From assembly GCA_021797085.1 (NCBI GenBank), contig JAKAAG010000004.1:1-52145 (forward strand): a DNA stretch of 52,145 nt. Reading direction: 5' to 3'. This document shows, in pieces, positions 9,098 to 18,766 of the stretch (the first letter of the stretch is position 1; every line of letters begins with the position of its first letter). Source of the stretch: Nanobdellota archaeon (GTDB taxonomy: Archaea; Nanobdellota; Nanobdellia; Parvarchaeales; Parvarchaeaceae). A program made the translations under genes and the position numbers. The notes beneath the pieces were generated by a model. That model worked only from the letters and a program-made list of their open reading frames with translations. It searched no databases and was not told where the DNA came from.

Positions 9098-10166
9098 ACT
9101 AGGAGATGCAGAAGATAAATACAGACGGAAGATTGACGAGGAAGATGACCTTATTCTTACTTCTACAGACATAATGGATATAAACGACGGTAAAACCGTT
9201 ATAAAGAGCATACCTGTTAAGATAAACCCCATGATATCATACAATGGAATGGGTGGGAATGGTGAAGGAGAAGGAGATGGCGATGGCGGAGATGACGATG
9301 GTGACAGCAATGAAGGAAAGGGTGGCAATGGCGACAATTCAAAGGTAAAAGTAGGCGTAGACAAGAGAAGACTTAAGCAGATGATGGAAAATTGGGGGCT
9401 TTCATTTTCCAAACCAGGAAAGAAGGATAAAAAGCTTTATAGGTTGCTGACTGCTGAGAACGGCGTGGACGAAAATCAGGAAAAAACTATAGAGGCTATG
9501 CTTGATAGGCAGATGGCGACCGGTTATTTTGAAAAGAACGGCTTCAAAGTAGACGTAAGAGATGAAGACATGCGCTATAACTTTATTGAAGAAAAACTGA
9601 TTCCAAACTTATCAGCTACGTTTATCATAATGAGGGACGTGAGCGGATCTATGGATACTTACGGAGAGTTTTCTGCTACAATTGCAGGTTTAATTGAGTT
9701 TTGGCTTAGACAAAAATACGAGGACACTGTAAAAATAAGGTATTTGGCACATACAGACGAAGCATTTGAATTTGATCCACGTAAAAAAGAAGATTTTTAC
9801 AAGCTTGTAGCTAATGGTGGAACTTCATTTGAGCCTGCTTACAAATTGGTTATGGATATGATGGACGGCAGTGCTTATACTTCAATGTCCCCTTACAAAG
9901 AAAGAATAGACTATGAATCAGAGGATGTTTTCCTTCTCCATATAACTGATGGAGAGAACGCAGATGACAATGGCAAACTTTATAACACCCTTAAGAAGCT
10001 GTTTCCAAGGCTGACAAAGGCATTTTACCTGCAAGTTGGTGGTAATTCAGATGGCTTTTATAAGATGATAAAGGCTGTTGACAGAGAAAAAGTGAATGAA
10101 GTAAAATCGGGCAATGACGTTTCTTATGGAAACGTGAAAAAAGTGCTTGATGCACTTTTAAACTGA
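9087..10166 (+). CDS. YeaH/YhbH-like DUF444 (UPF0229) protein with vWA-type MIDAS motif
   Basis: DVSGSM (DxSxS) motif. Gly/Asp/Glu-rich tract GGNGEGEGDGDGGDDDGD. Sits between the prkA and spoVR homologues. Confidence 0.8.
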   Translation: MTSELGDAEDKYRRKIDEEDDLILTSTDIMDINDGKTVIKSIPVKINPMISYNGMGGNGEGEGDGDGGDDDGDSNEGKGGNGDNSKVKVGVDKRRLKQMMENWGLSFSKPGKKDKKLYRLLTAENGVDENQEKTIEAMLDRQMATGYFEKNGFKVDVRDEDMRYNFIEEKLIPNLSATFIIMRDVSGSMDTYGEFSATIAGLIEFWLRQKYEDTVKIRYLAHTDEAFEFDPRKKEDFYKLVANGGTSFEPAYKLVMDMMDGSAYTSMSPYKERIDYESEDVFLLHITDGENADDNGKLYNTLKKLFPRLTKAFYLQVGGNSDGFYKMIKAVDREKVNEVKSGNDVSYGNVKKVLDALLN

Positions 10167-10167
10167 T

Positions 10168-11748
10168 ATGGTAAAGAAATCCCTTGAGAAATTGCTAGTA
10201 GACGGAAAAGAAATAAAGATAATAGCTACGCATGGCTCAATAATAGACGAAAAATATACAATGGAAGCAAGAAAGATAGCGTCATTCATGATAAATAAAC
10301 TAGGCCTTTCATTTGGCAATGTAGAATTTAAGATACTTGACAATGAAGAGTTTGCAGAGAAAGTTGCACTCTACGGAACTCCTTTGCCTAGCTGGGAGGC
10401 TGGTCAGGAGAAGATAATACAAGAGAATAACATGAAGTACAGACAGGGAGTTTTATACGAGATGGTCGGGCACAAGTTCTATGATCCTATTGGAAAAGAG
10501 GAATATACTGCGGTTTACATAAACCAAAATGACACTTATGATGAGGTATTAAGTGTAATGGCCCACGTGTATGGACATCTGCACATAGAGTACAACAACC
10601 GGCTTGCAAAGAGCATAAATTCCAATGCTAATAAGCATGCTTATTACAGGGACAGATACAGAGAAATGGAAAGCAGGCTCGATGTAAAGACCGTTGAAAA
10701 AATGTATGATTACTCGCAGACATTAAGCGGTCTTATTGACATGTTTCCTGATTTTCACAAGAGCAAGAAAAATGATTATTACAGCAAGGAAGAAACATAT
10801 CCTGAAGAAGATATATACGATGTTTACAAGTTTACGCTTGAAAATGTAAGATTTAATCCTTGGGAAAAGGAACTGCTTGAAATCGTATATGACATAAACC
10901 AGCTTATGAAAGGCGCGAGGATAAAGATAATGCATGAGGGCTTTGCAACTTTTGTTGAGGACAAATATGCAGAAGAAGTTGCCAAATATGACATAGGGAC
11001 AGCCTTTAAGATGAGGAAAGGCATACTCCAAGTAGCCGATGTTCTATCTCCTGCACAGCTACCTTATTACCTTGGTTTTAGGTTGTTTAAGGACATAGAA
11101 AAAAGGTGGGATGAAGGGAGACATGGTCTGCTTTATGATCTACTTTCTGAAGAGGAGAAGAGATCTTATATGAAAAAGGAAAATAAGGGTTTGTCAGAGA
11201 TATTGGAAATAGTAAAATCCTACACAGACTGGGAATTTATATTTTCATATGCAGATCTCAATTTCTTCAAATCTTTAGTTAAGGAAATAGAAGAAAAGAC
11301 TAATATGATGATAGATAATCTTTACGGCGGAAAATATCCAGAATACATAATAGACATGATAAAGGCAGCAAACAGTGCAAAACTTGACCCCAACATACTG
11401 CGTTTCCAGCTTCTTTTGGAAACGGAAAACTACGGTCCGATGGTATACGTTCCAAAAGGAAGTTTTAAGGGAGATAAGCTTACATTAAGACAGGATCTTA
11501 GCTTTCTTAAAAGATACATTGGAAAATTACCCGAGGAAGAGATAGAAAGCTTTGAAGAACAGGCATCGCAGATGTTCAGCCTTGATAATAAATATACGGC
11601 GGCTTCTTTACGCAGGCTCTCAAAAATGTGGAAAATACCTGTAGAGCTTCATACTATGGATATAGAAGGTAATCCTCTGATAATAGAAAGTGATGGTTCT
11701 AAGATATCTAAATCTAGTGAAGGAGAAGGCCCTAAGTTCGAGGAATAA
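10168..11748 (+). CDS. SpoVR/YcgB-family protein
   Basis: HVYGHLH and MHEGFATF motifs typical of SpoVR. The start lies 1 nt after the DUF444 stop. Confidence 0.85.
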   Translation: MVKKSLEKLLVDGKEIKIIATHGSIIDEKYTMEARKIASFMINKLGLSFGNVEFKILDNEEFAEKVALYGTPLPSWEAGQEKIIQENNMKYRQGVLYEMVGHKFYDPIGKEEYTAVYINQNDTYDEVLSVMAHVYGHLHIEYNNRLAKSINSNANKHAYYRDRYREMESRLDVKTVEKMYDYSQTLSGLIDMFPDFHKSKKNDYYSKEETYPEEDIYDVYKFTLENVRFNPWEKELLEIVYDINQLMKGARIKIMHEGFATFVEDKYAEEVAKYDIGTAFKMRKGILQVADVLSPAQLPYYLGFRLFKDIEKRWDEGRHGLLYDLLSEEEKRSYMKKENKGLSEILEIVKSYTDWEFIFSYADLNFFKSLVKEIEEKTNMMIDNLYGGKYPEYIIDMIKAANSAKLDPNILRFQLLLETENYGPMVYVPKGSFKGDKLTLRQDLSFLKRYIGKLPEEEIESFEEQASQMFSLDNKYTAASLRRLSKMWKIPVELHTMDIEGNPLIIESDGSKISKSSEGEGPKFEE

Positions 11749-11898
11749 TCTACAAGCCTTTTCAAATAGCATGCAAAAGATTATGGTAGAATCCAAGTAT
11801 TGTGAAATATATTAATAAGTAAAGTATCCATTAGTAGTATGCTATATTTTCAATGCTTATGCGCTGCATGCATTTGAATTGAATACAGAAAATAAGAA

Positions 11899-12663
11899 AT
11901 GTATAAAGTACTTAAAATGGACAACAAAGAATTCATCGAAAAAGCAAGGAAAAAAATAAAGGAGGGGTTGTCAGTTGACGATCTTATAAGAAGGCTTATA
12001 GCTTTCTCCGATTCACTTGAAAAAGGCGAGAACATTATATTTGAGCAGTTAAATGACCTTTACTTTCTTTATTACCCAGAAGCTGCCGATAAACTTAAGG
12101 AAAGGGACAGATTTATAAATACTCTGAGTGAATCCTGCGACAGAAAGAGCATATCTCAGAAGATGAATATCCCTACGGAAAGTATGGGTTTTGATTTGGA
12201 TGATGAAGAAATTCAACTTTTGTCGCTTTCAATAAACGAGTTAAGTAATATCTCAAATCTTAGGAAGGTAGTTAACGACCGGCTAAATGCTGTAATCCTG
12301 AAAAATTATCCAAATCTAAATGCAGTTTTAGGGTCAGAGATAGCTGCAAGGATTATCTATTTGGCAGGCAGTTCATATTCACTTATGCTCATGCCCTCCT
12401 CTAAGATACAGGTTTTGGGAGCTGAAAAGGCAATGTTTGCAGCAAGAAAAAAGAAAGCTACTCCAAAATATGGCGTTATATACAACCACGAACTTATGCT
12501 TTCACTACCTGATAAATTAAAGGGGAGGATGGCGAAAGTAATTGCGGCTTACACTTCTCTTGCCATAAAAACCGACGTGATTTCAAAAGAAGACAAGAGT
12601 GGCAAGATTATGGAAAAGATGCTTAAGGACATAAACAAAGTAAGGAAAGGAAATGGAACTTAA
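11899..12663 (+). CDS. nop5: Nop5 (Nop56/58) box C/D RNP core protein, short form
   Basis: NOSIC/NOP-domain motifs (LYFLYYPEAA, GAEKAMF, KYGVIY). Overlaps the fibrillarin gene by 11 bp. Only 254 aa. Confidence 0.85.
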   Translation: MYKVLKMDNKEFIEKARKKIKEGLSVDDLIRRLIAFSDSLEKGENIIFEQLNDLYFLYYPEAADKLKERDRFINTLSESCDRKSISQKMNIPTESMGFDLDDEEIQLLSLSINELSNISNLRKVVNDRLNAVILKNYPNLNAVLGSEIAARIIYLAGSSYSLMLMPSSKIQVLGAEKAMFAARKKKATPKYGVIYNHELMLSLPDKLKGRMAKVIAAYTSLAIKTDVISKEDKSGKIMEKMLKDINKVRKGNGT

Positions 12664-13324
12664 AAAGGTAATTGACAGAGTTTATTGGCTTTTTGATAGA
12701 AGACGTACACTTGTAACTTTAAGTGCTTATGGCGGGGATTCAGTTTATGGTGAAAAAATCTTCAATTTGAACGGTAAGGTGTATAGAGAATGGGTTCCGT
12801 ATAGAAGCAAGTTTGCGGCTGCATTTTATAAGGGCTTAAACGGAATTGATGTAAAGGATAGTTATAAAGTACTTTATCTTGGAGCGTCTTCAGGAACAAC
12901 GGTTTCACATGTTTCTGATATAATAGGTGTTAACGGCCAAGTATACGCAGTGGAAATAGCGGAGGAAATGGCAGTGAATCTTATATTGCTTGCAGAAGAT
13001 AGAAAAAATATATTCCCGATTGTTGATGATGCAAGGAAACCCGAAAATTATTTAGGCAGCGTACCAAAATGCGATTTGCTTTATCAGGATGTTGCGCAGA
13101 GAGATCAGACGGATATTTTCATTAAAAATGCGGATCTTTTCTTAAAAAGCGGAAAAATAGGGGTTTTTGCGGTAAAAACAAGGAGTATAGATGTTTCCGT
13201 TGACCCTCGAGAGGTAGTGAGGAATGAAGTAAAGAAATTAAGGACAAAGTTCGATATTATAAGAGAGATAAACCTTTATCCCTACCAAAAGGATCATTCT
13301 CTACTGATATTGCGTAAAAAGTGA
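12653..13324 (+). CDS. flpA: Fibrillarin-like rRNA/tRNA 2'-O-methyltransferase
   Basis: YREWVPYRSKFAAA and the SAM-binding LYLGASSGTTVSHVSDI motif. 223 aa. Confidence 0.92.
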   Translation: MELKKVIDRVYWLFDRRRTLVTLSAYGGDSVYGEKIFNLNGKVYREWVPYRSKFAAAFYKGLNGIDVKDSYKVLYLGASSGTTVSHVSDIIGVNGQVYAVEIAEEMAVNLILLAEDRKNIFPIVDDARKPENYLGSVPKCDLLYQDVAQRDQTDIFIKNADLFLKSGKIGVFAVKTRSIDVSVDPREVVRNEVKKLRTKFDIIREINLYPYQKDHSLLILRKK

Positions 13325-13395
13325 GTATGCTTTAAATTGTATACTGTTAAAACACTCGGTGAAAGATATAAATGGATAAAGCTTAAAATAATAAT

Positions 13396-14172
13396 ATGGA
13401 TAGTAAAGACAGCCTTATAGACAAAATAGAAGAAGTAAAGAAGAAAATAGCAGAATTTGAAAATAACCTTAACATAAGTTCCGTAGACATAGACAGAATA
13501 ACAGTCGATAAAAACAGTGAATTGATAAACCAGATAGAAAATTATAAGAAGAGGATAAATAGCATAGAAAACGATGTTGTGAAGAGCCAAGCGGCATACC
13601 CTGTAGAGCAGGAGCCTCTTCTATCCAGTAAGACGGTACAAACCGTTAATCCTACTCCGCCTGAAACAAAGAAAAATGATTCATATGGTGATATAAAGAA
13701 AACTATAAGCAAGGTTGAAATGGAAAAACAGGAAGTTGAGAACATAAACGACTTACTTGAGAAGCTTAAGAAAAATGCAGCGGAACAGAAAAAAACCGAT
13801 GTCATGCCAGAAACTAAAAATATTAAAAATAAAATAGAAGAAAAACCTAAAATTGCAGATTCTATCAGTACTAAAAAAATGTCTGATTACATAAGCAACC
13901 CTCCTATCAAAAGCAGCAATGTAAGCGAATTGAATAATTACAGCAAACCAAATAAAGTAGATTCAAACACTGTAAATATAACGGAAAATGATCTTCATTC
14001 AATTTCAGAGCTTATATCTAAGCTGGATGAGCTGTTGAAATCAAATAAAGACTTGGCAGATAAACTTAATGAACTGCTTAAGGAGCAGAAAGCTGATGAC
14101 AGTAAAATAAGCAAAAATGATGAACTTATAAAGAAGTTGGCAATACTTGGATCAAATATTAATCTAAGCTAA
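13396..14172 (+). CDS. Lys/Glu/Asn-rich coiled-coil protein, function unknown
   Basis: Heptad-like charged segments at both ends with a low-complexity centre. No catalytic motifs. Confidence 0.5.
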   Translation: MDSKDSLIDKIEEVKKKIAEFENNLNISSVDIDRITVDKNSELINQIENYKKRINSIENDVVKSQAAYPVEQEPLLSSKTVQTVNPTPPETKKNDSYGDIKKTISKVEMEKQEVENINDLLEKLKKNAAEQKKTDVMPETKNIKNKIEEKPKIADSISTKKMSDYISNPPIKSSNVSELNNYSKPNKVDSNTVNITENDLHSISELISKLDELLKSNKDLADKLNELLKEQKADDSKISKNDELIKKLAILGSNINLS

Positions 14173-14173
14173 A

Positions 14174-14181
14174 TTTAAATA
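14174..14181 (+). promoter_or_regulatory. TATA box (TTTAAATA) upstream of apgM
   Basis: Consensus octamer about 37 bp upstream of the ATG at 14215, implying a short (~10 nt) leader. Confidence 0.35.
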
Positions 14182-14214
14182 TTTCATTCTCTTTATTCAT
14201 CTAAGGCGATAGGA

Positions 14215-15465
14215 ATGAGTAAAATTGTTTTCATAATAGTTGATGGGATGGCCGATTTGCCTATCAAAGAACTAAAAAATAAGACACCTTTAGATTATGC
14301 TATAAAGAATAATCTTTACAAGTTTTTAAGGCATTCCCAATTTGCCTATCCTACTGTACTTGGGAAGTTTGCGCCCCAAAGTGATTCCGGCGTTATGGCC
14401 GATTTGGGATATGACCCTCTTAAATATTCCACGGGAAGGGGCTGGTTCGAGTGTCTCGGACTCAATATGCAGCCGAAGGACGGAGAATTGAGCATAAGGG
14501 TTAATTTCGGCTCTGCTGTAAACGGCAAGCTAAATGCAGTCAGAACCTACATGTCAAAGCAGGAACTACAAGAATTATCAGATGAGATAAACAGAAAAGT
14601 AAAGGTAGGCGCAGATTTTGAATTCAAGGCAGGAGAGGATTACAGAGCGGGGCTTGTTTTCCGTTCCGGTAAAAAGGCCTTCTCTTCTTTTGTCTCAAAC
14701 AATGAACCAGGTTACACCGCCAAATTCTTTGGAAATGGGGTAAAGCTAAGCTTTGCAACCGGCATAGCTGACAAAAAGATACGAAAGATAAAAGCCGTAA
14801 GAAAAGAAGCAGAGTATACTGCTTCACTGCTCAATGACTTCGTATCAAAGGCATCTACTGTAATAAAAAACTCAAAGGTTTACAAGGAAAGGAAGAAAAA
14901 GGGCTTGGATTTGCCCAATTACCTTTTTTTAAGGGATGCTGCAAGCAGGGACCCAAGGCTATATGATATAAACGAAAAATATGGAAAGAAATGGGCCGCA
15001 GTTGTAGGCATGCCCCTTGAAAAAGGAATAGCTACTGCGGCGGGTATGACTCTCGTTGAAACAACTGAAGAAAAGGATATAAGGAAGGATTTTTACGATA
15101 AAGCCGAGAAAACTGTGAAGGCACTTTCAAAGTTTGATGCAGTTTATCTTCATATAAAGCAGACAGACGCAGTTTCACACCTCGGTAAATTCAGGGATAA
15201 ATACGCCATAATAGAGAGCATTGACAAAATAATAATATCAAGACTGGCAGGCGCTTTGGACCTTGAAAAAGACACATTGGTTTTGACCTGCGATCACGCA
15301 ACTTCAAGTGTGCTTAAAAGACACATAAACTCAAACATACCTGTTCTCATATCAAACAAGAAGTTTGGATTCAGCAGCAATTTCAGCGAAGCTAGTTGCT
15401 CAAAGAATCATGTTAAGGAAATCAAAAAAGCTGTGGATATTATGCCGTTTGTCATGTCAATTTGA
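14215..15465 (+). CDS. apgM: Cofactor-independent phosphoglycerate mutase, archaeal type
   Basis: N-terminal IVDGMAD metal site and C-terminal LTCDHATS. The length and layout match ApgM. Confidence 0.82.
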   Translation: MSKIVFIIVDGMADLPIKELKNKTPLDYAIKNNLYKFLRHSQFAYPTVLGKFAPQSDSGVMADLGYDPLKYSTGRGWFECLGLNMQPKDGELSIRVNFGSAVNGKLNAVRTYMSKQELQELSDEINRKVKVGADFEFKAGEDYRAGLVFRSGKKAFSSFVSNNEPGYTAKFFGNGVKLSFATGIADKKIRKIKAVRKEAEYTASLLNDFVSKASTVIKNSKVYKERKKKGLDLPNYLFLRDAASRDPRLYDINEKYGKKWAAVVGMPLEKGIATAAGMTLVETTEEKDIRKDFYDKAEKTVKALSKFDAVYLHIKQTDAVSHLGKFRDKYAIIESIDKIIISRLAGALDLEKDTLVLTCDHATSSVLKRHINSNIPVLISNKKFGFSSNFSEASCSKNHVKEIKKAVDIMPFVMSI

Positions 15466-15485
15466 CCTTTCTTCAATAAATTATT

Positions 15486-15493
15486 CTTAAATA
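15486..15493 (+). promoter_or_regulatory. TATA-like box (CTTAAATA) for a probably leaderless polX
   Basis: Centred about 26 bp upstream of the ATG at 15515. Confidence 0.35.
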
Positions 15494-15514
15494 CGCCGAA
15501 TTTTTAGATAGATT

Positions 15515-17221
15515 ATGGGGTCAAACAAGGATTTGGCTGAAAAATTGAATGATATAGCAGATATTCTTGATATCGAAGGTGTGAACTGGGAGCCTAGAGC
15601 TTATAGGACAGCAGCTTTAACCATCTCTGGTTTATCCGAAGACATAAGCAAGGTGTACAAAGAAGGGAGGCTCCTGGAATTAGAAGGTGTTGGTAAATCT
15701 ATAGCAAATTCGATAAAGGAATACGTAGAAACTGGTAAAATAAGCAAGTACGAAGAGTTAAAAAAGAAATATCCGATAGACTTTGACAGCTTTAGGAAAA
15801 TAAGGGGGATGGGCCCAAAAAGAGCTTATACTCTTTATAAGAAACTTGGGATAAAAACAGTAGCTGACCTTAAAAAAGCATTAGATGAGGGAAAGATACA
15901 AAAACTGGAGGGATTCGGCAAGAAAAGCGAGGAAGAGCTTAAAAAGAGCGTTGAATCATTCATGAATGTTAAAAACGACAGGCTTCTTCTCGGATATGTA
16001 ATAGAATACGCAAATTCATTGGTTGATAAATTGAGGAAAAGCGGCCTTTTTGAAAGAGTGGAAATAGCTGGTTCGATGCGCAGAATGAGGGAAACAATAG
16101 GGGATATAGATATACTTGCCATCTCTGAAAAACCAGAGGTTGGCATGGATTTCTTTTCAAATATGGATGAAGTGAAAGGCATTGTAGTTAAGGGCCCTAC
16201 AAAAACCACCGTGGAATTAGGCATAGGTACTACATGTGACATAAGGGTTCTCCCTAAGGAATCATTCGGTGCTGCAATGCAGTATTTTACAGGCAACAAG
16301 GACCACAATGTCAAATTAAGGAAGATAGCGATATCAAAGGGTTGGAAGCTCAATGAATACGGTCTGTTTAAAGGAAAAGATTCAATAGCTGGTAAAAGCG
16401 AAGAAGAGATATACGATAAACTTGGAATGGATTTTATACAGCCAGAATTAAGGGAAAACACTGGAGAAATAGAGGCAGCGCAAGAACACAGGCTTCCAAA
16501 AATTGTGAACTACACAGAAGTTATCGGAGATTTGCATGCCCATACCAAGGACAGCGATGGAATGAATTCACTTGAAGAGATGGCTTCCGCCGCTGAAAAA
16601 AGGGGGTTGAAGTACATCGCTTTTACAAACCATAGTAAAAGCCTGCCGGTTGCACATGGCCTAGATGAGAAACGTTTTACCGAATTAAACAAAAAAATAG
16701 ATTTATTCAATGAAAAAAGCGGTATAAAGATATTGAAAGGAGTAGAACTTGAAATATTAAAAGACGGTTCATTGGATTTGAGAAATGATTCTTTAAAGGA
16801 ATTAGATTTTGTTATAGGGGCAATGCATCAGAATCTTAACATGAGCAGCAAGGAATTAACTAATAGGCTGGTAAAGGCAATAAACAGTGGAAGGATAAAC
16901 ACTGTTGCGCATCCAACTGATAGGATAATTGGGCAGAGGGAAGGATTAAAGCTTGACTTTGACAAGGTAATGGAAGCTTGTAAAAAGAATGATGTTTTAC
17001 TAGAGATAGACGGTTATCCAGAAAGATCAGATTTACCTTTTGACTTGGTAAAAAAAGCAAAAGATTATTCAATAAAGTTCTCTCTAGGAAGCGATTCTCA
17101 TAGAACGGAGCACCTGCGCTTTTTAGGCCTTGCAACCGCTATAGCTAGGAGAGGCTGGCTTGAGAAAAAGGATGTTATAAATACATTGGAATACAAAGAG
17201 GTATTGAAGCTTAGGAGATAA
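15515..17221 (+). CDS. polX: Family X DNA polymerase with C-terminal PHP domain
   Basis: HhH motifs (GVGKSIANSI, IRGMGPKRA). Pol-beta nucleotidyltransferase motif GSMRRMRETIGDIDILA. PHP motifs DLHAHTKDSDG and GSDSH. Confidence 0.9.
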   Translation: MGSNKDLAEKLNDIADILDIEGVNWEPRAYRTAALTISGLSEDISKVYKEGRLLELEGVGKSIANSIKEYVETGKISKYEELKKKYPIDFDSFRKIRGMGPKRAYTLYKKLGIKTVADLKKALDEGKIQKLEGFGKKSEEELKKSVESFMNVKNDRLLLGYVIEYANSLVDKLRKSGLFERVEIAGSMRRMRETIGDIDILAISEKPEVGMDFFSNMDEVKGIVVKGPTKTTVELGIGTTCDIRVLPKESFGAAMQYFTGNKDHNVKLRKIAISKGWKLNEYGLFKGKDSIAGKSEEEIYDKLGMDFIQPELRENTGEIEAAQEHRLPKIVNYTEVIGDLHAHTKDSDGMNSLEEMASAAEKRGLKYIAFTNHSKSLPVAHGLDEKRFTELNKKIDLFNEKSGIKILKGVELEILKDGSLDLRNDSLKELDFVIGAMHQNLNMSSKELTNRLVKAINSGRINTVAHPTDRIIGQREGLKLDFDKVMEACKKNDVLLEIDGYPERSDLPFDLVKKAKDYSIKFSLGSDSHRTEHLRFLGLATAIARRGWLEKKDVINTLEYKEVLKLRR

Positions 17222-17252
17222 TTAATAAATCCTAAGAAATCCTGTATTAAAT

Positions 17253-17948
17253 ATGGTTGAAAGGATCAAAAGCGGTGTAAGTGGATTCGATGCAATAGTG
17301 AATGGCGGATTCGTGAAAAACAGCATAGTAGCAATATATGGTTCGCCTGGTGCCGGGAAAAGTATATTTTGCACGGAATTTCTTAGAGAGGGGTTGAAAA
17401 ACAATGAAAAGGTTTTTTACATAAGCATGGAGCAGGACATAGATTCCTTTCTAGAACAATGTGATTCGTTTGGATTCAAGGAATTCAAGGAAAACCTAAA
17501 TGCCAATTTTGTCTTTTCAAGGATGAGCGGCCATGATTTCAAGAATTTTCTCTCAATAGAGCTACCTAAGATACTCGAGACAAGAAAGGAAAAGCATGCG
17601 AGGATAGTAATAGATCCTCTTACTCCTTTTCTTTGGGAAGTAAAAGATCCGACTTTGCAGAGAAATATTCTTACGGACACGTTTAAAATGCTAAGGGAGT
17701 TTGGTACAGCTCTAGTTACAATAGAGAGATACGGTGACATAAACAGGATGGAATTATCAGAGGACATAGCAATACCCATATACCTTTCAGACATGGTAAT
17801 CCTTCTTTCAATGATATACAACCAGAATTTCTACCAGAAGGCAATTTCCATAGTTAAGATGAGATTTTCTTCGCATAGCACAGGAATGCATCCTTTTGAC
17901 ATAGGAAACAACGGTATAAACATCTTTCAGGACCAGCCAGTCTTTTAA
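17253..17948 (+). CDS. RecA-superfamily ATPase, KaiC/RAD55-like
   Basis: GVSGFD...GGF...IYGSPGAGKS Walker A in a KaiC-domain context. Single domain, 231 aa. Confidence 0.75.
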   Translation: MVERIKSGVSGFDAIVNGGFVKNSIVAIYGSPGAGKSIFCTEFLREGLKNNEKVFYISMEQDIDSFLEQCDSFGFKEFKENLNANFVFSRMSGHDFKNFLSIELPKILETRKEKHARIVIDPLTPFLWEVKDPTLQRNILTDTFKMLREFGTALVTIERYGDINRMELSEDIAIPIYLSDMVILLSMIYNQNFYQKAISIVKMRFSSHSTGMHPFDIGNNGINIFQDQPVF

Positions 17949-18703
17949 TCAATTTCTACAAAAACAGGAGCATGGTCAGAACCTTGCTGCTTTTCAAGTA
18001 TACCTGCTGCTTTTACCCTGTTTTGAAGTTCCTTGGATACAAAGAAATAGTCTATTCTCCAACCTATATTGTTTTCCCTTGCGCTTTTGTAAAGGTAAGT
18101 CCACCAAGAATAATTTCCATTTTTCTTGTTGAATAGCCTGAAAGTATCTATGTACCCTTCATCTATAAGTTCATCTACAAATTTCCTTTCTTGCACAGTG
18201 AAACCTGCGCTTCCTTCATTCTGTTTCGGCCTCGCTATATCTAGTTCAGTGTGCGCAACGTTGAAATCTCCCCCTATAACTATCGGTTTTTTCTTTCTCA
18301 GGTTTTCCATGAATATAAGTATGTTTTTGTTGAATTCTAGCTTATAAGAAAGCCTGCTTAAATCCCTCCTTGAATTTGGGAAATAACTGTTTATCACAAA
18401 GTAGTCCTTTAATTCAAGAGTTAATACCCTGCCTTCGCCGTCATACTTTTCATCTTCAATCCCATAAATAACATCAATCGGCTTTTCCTTTGATAGTGTT
18501 ATGACTCCACTGTATCCTTTTTTTACCTTTGAAGGCATTATGTATGAAAAATAGCTGTCCGTTTTTATTAATCCATTTATATCTTCAATTTTTGTTTCCT
18601 GCAATAATATAACATCATACTCTTTGGAGTTTATTATCTTCTGGATCTCATTTTTTCTTGCCACGCTTCTCAGTCCATTTACATTCCAGGAAAACATTTT
18701 CAT
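17945..18703 (-). CDS. xthA: Exodeoxyribonuclease III / AP endonuclease
   Basis: EEP-fold motifs SWNVNGLRS, LQETK, GDFNVAH and SDHAPV. Confidence 0.9.
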   Translation of the reverse strand: MKMFSWNVNGLRSVARKNEIQKIINSKEYDVILLQETKIEDINGLIKTDSYFSYIMPSKVKKGYSGVITLSKEKPIDVIYGIEDEKYDGEGRVLTLELKDYFVINSYFPNSRRDLSRLSYKLEFNKNILIFMENLRKKKPIVIGGDFNVAHTELDIARPKQNEGSAGFTVQERKFVDELIDEGYIDTFRLFNKKNGNYSWWTYLYKSARENNIGWRIDYFFVSKELQNRVKAAGILEKQQGSDHAPVFVEID

Positions 18704-18766
18704 AGTCTTTTATATTATACACTATATTTATATTGGTATTTGTATAGCTATAATATAAAGAATATT

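Noticed and set aside
9250-9350. Acidic Gly-rich low-complexity insert (GGNGEGEGDGDGGDDDGDSNEGKGGNGDNS) in the DUF444 protein, considered as a possible novelty.
   Set aside because: As far as I recall, Gly-rich acidic linkers near the N-terminus are normal in YeaH/YhbH-family proteins, so this is probably a family trait.
9056-9412. 118-aa minus-strand ORF rich in Ser/Pro (SPSPSPSP...).
   Set aside because: It is the antisense shadow of the Gly/Asp/Glu-rich tract of the DUF444 gene and overlaps two well-supported plus-strand genes. Its low-complexity composition is an artefact of the complement.
15835-16461. 208-aa minus-strand ORF. The same reasoning applies to the minus-strand ORFs at 15969-16160, 16510-16710 and 16860-17135.
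   Set aside because: They are antisense to PolX, which has clear HhH, nucleotidyltransferase and PHP motifs on the plus strand.
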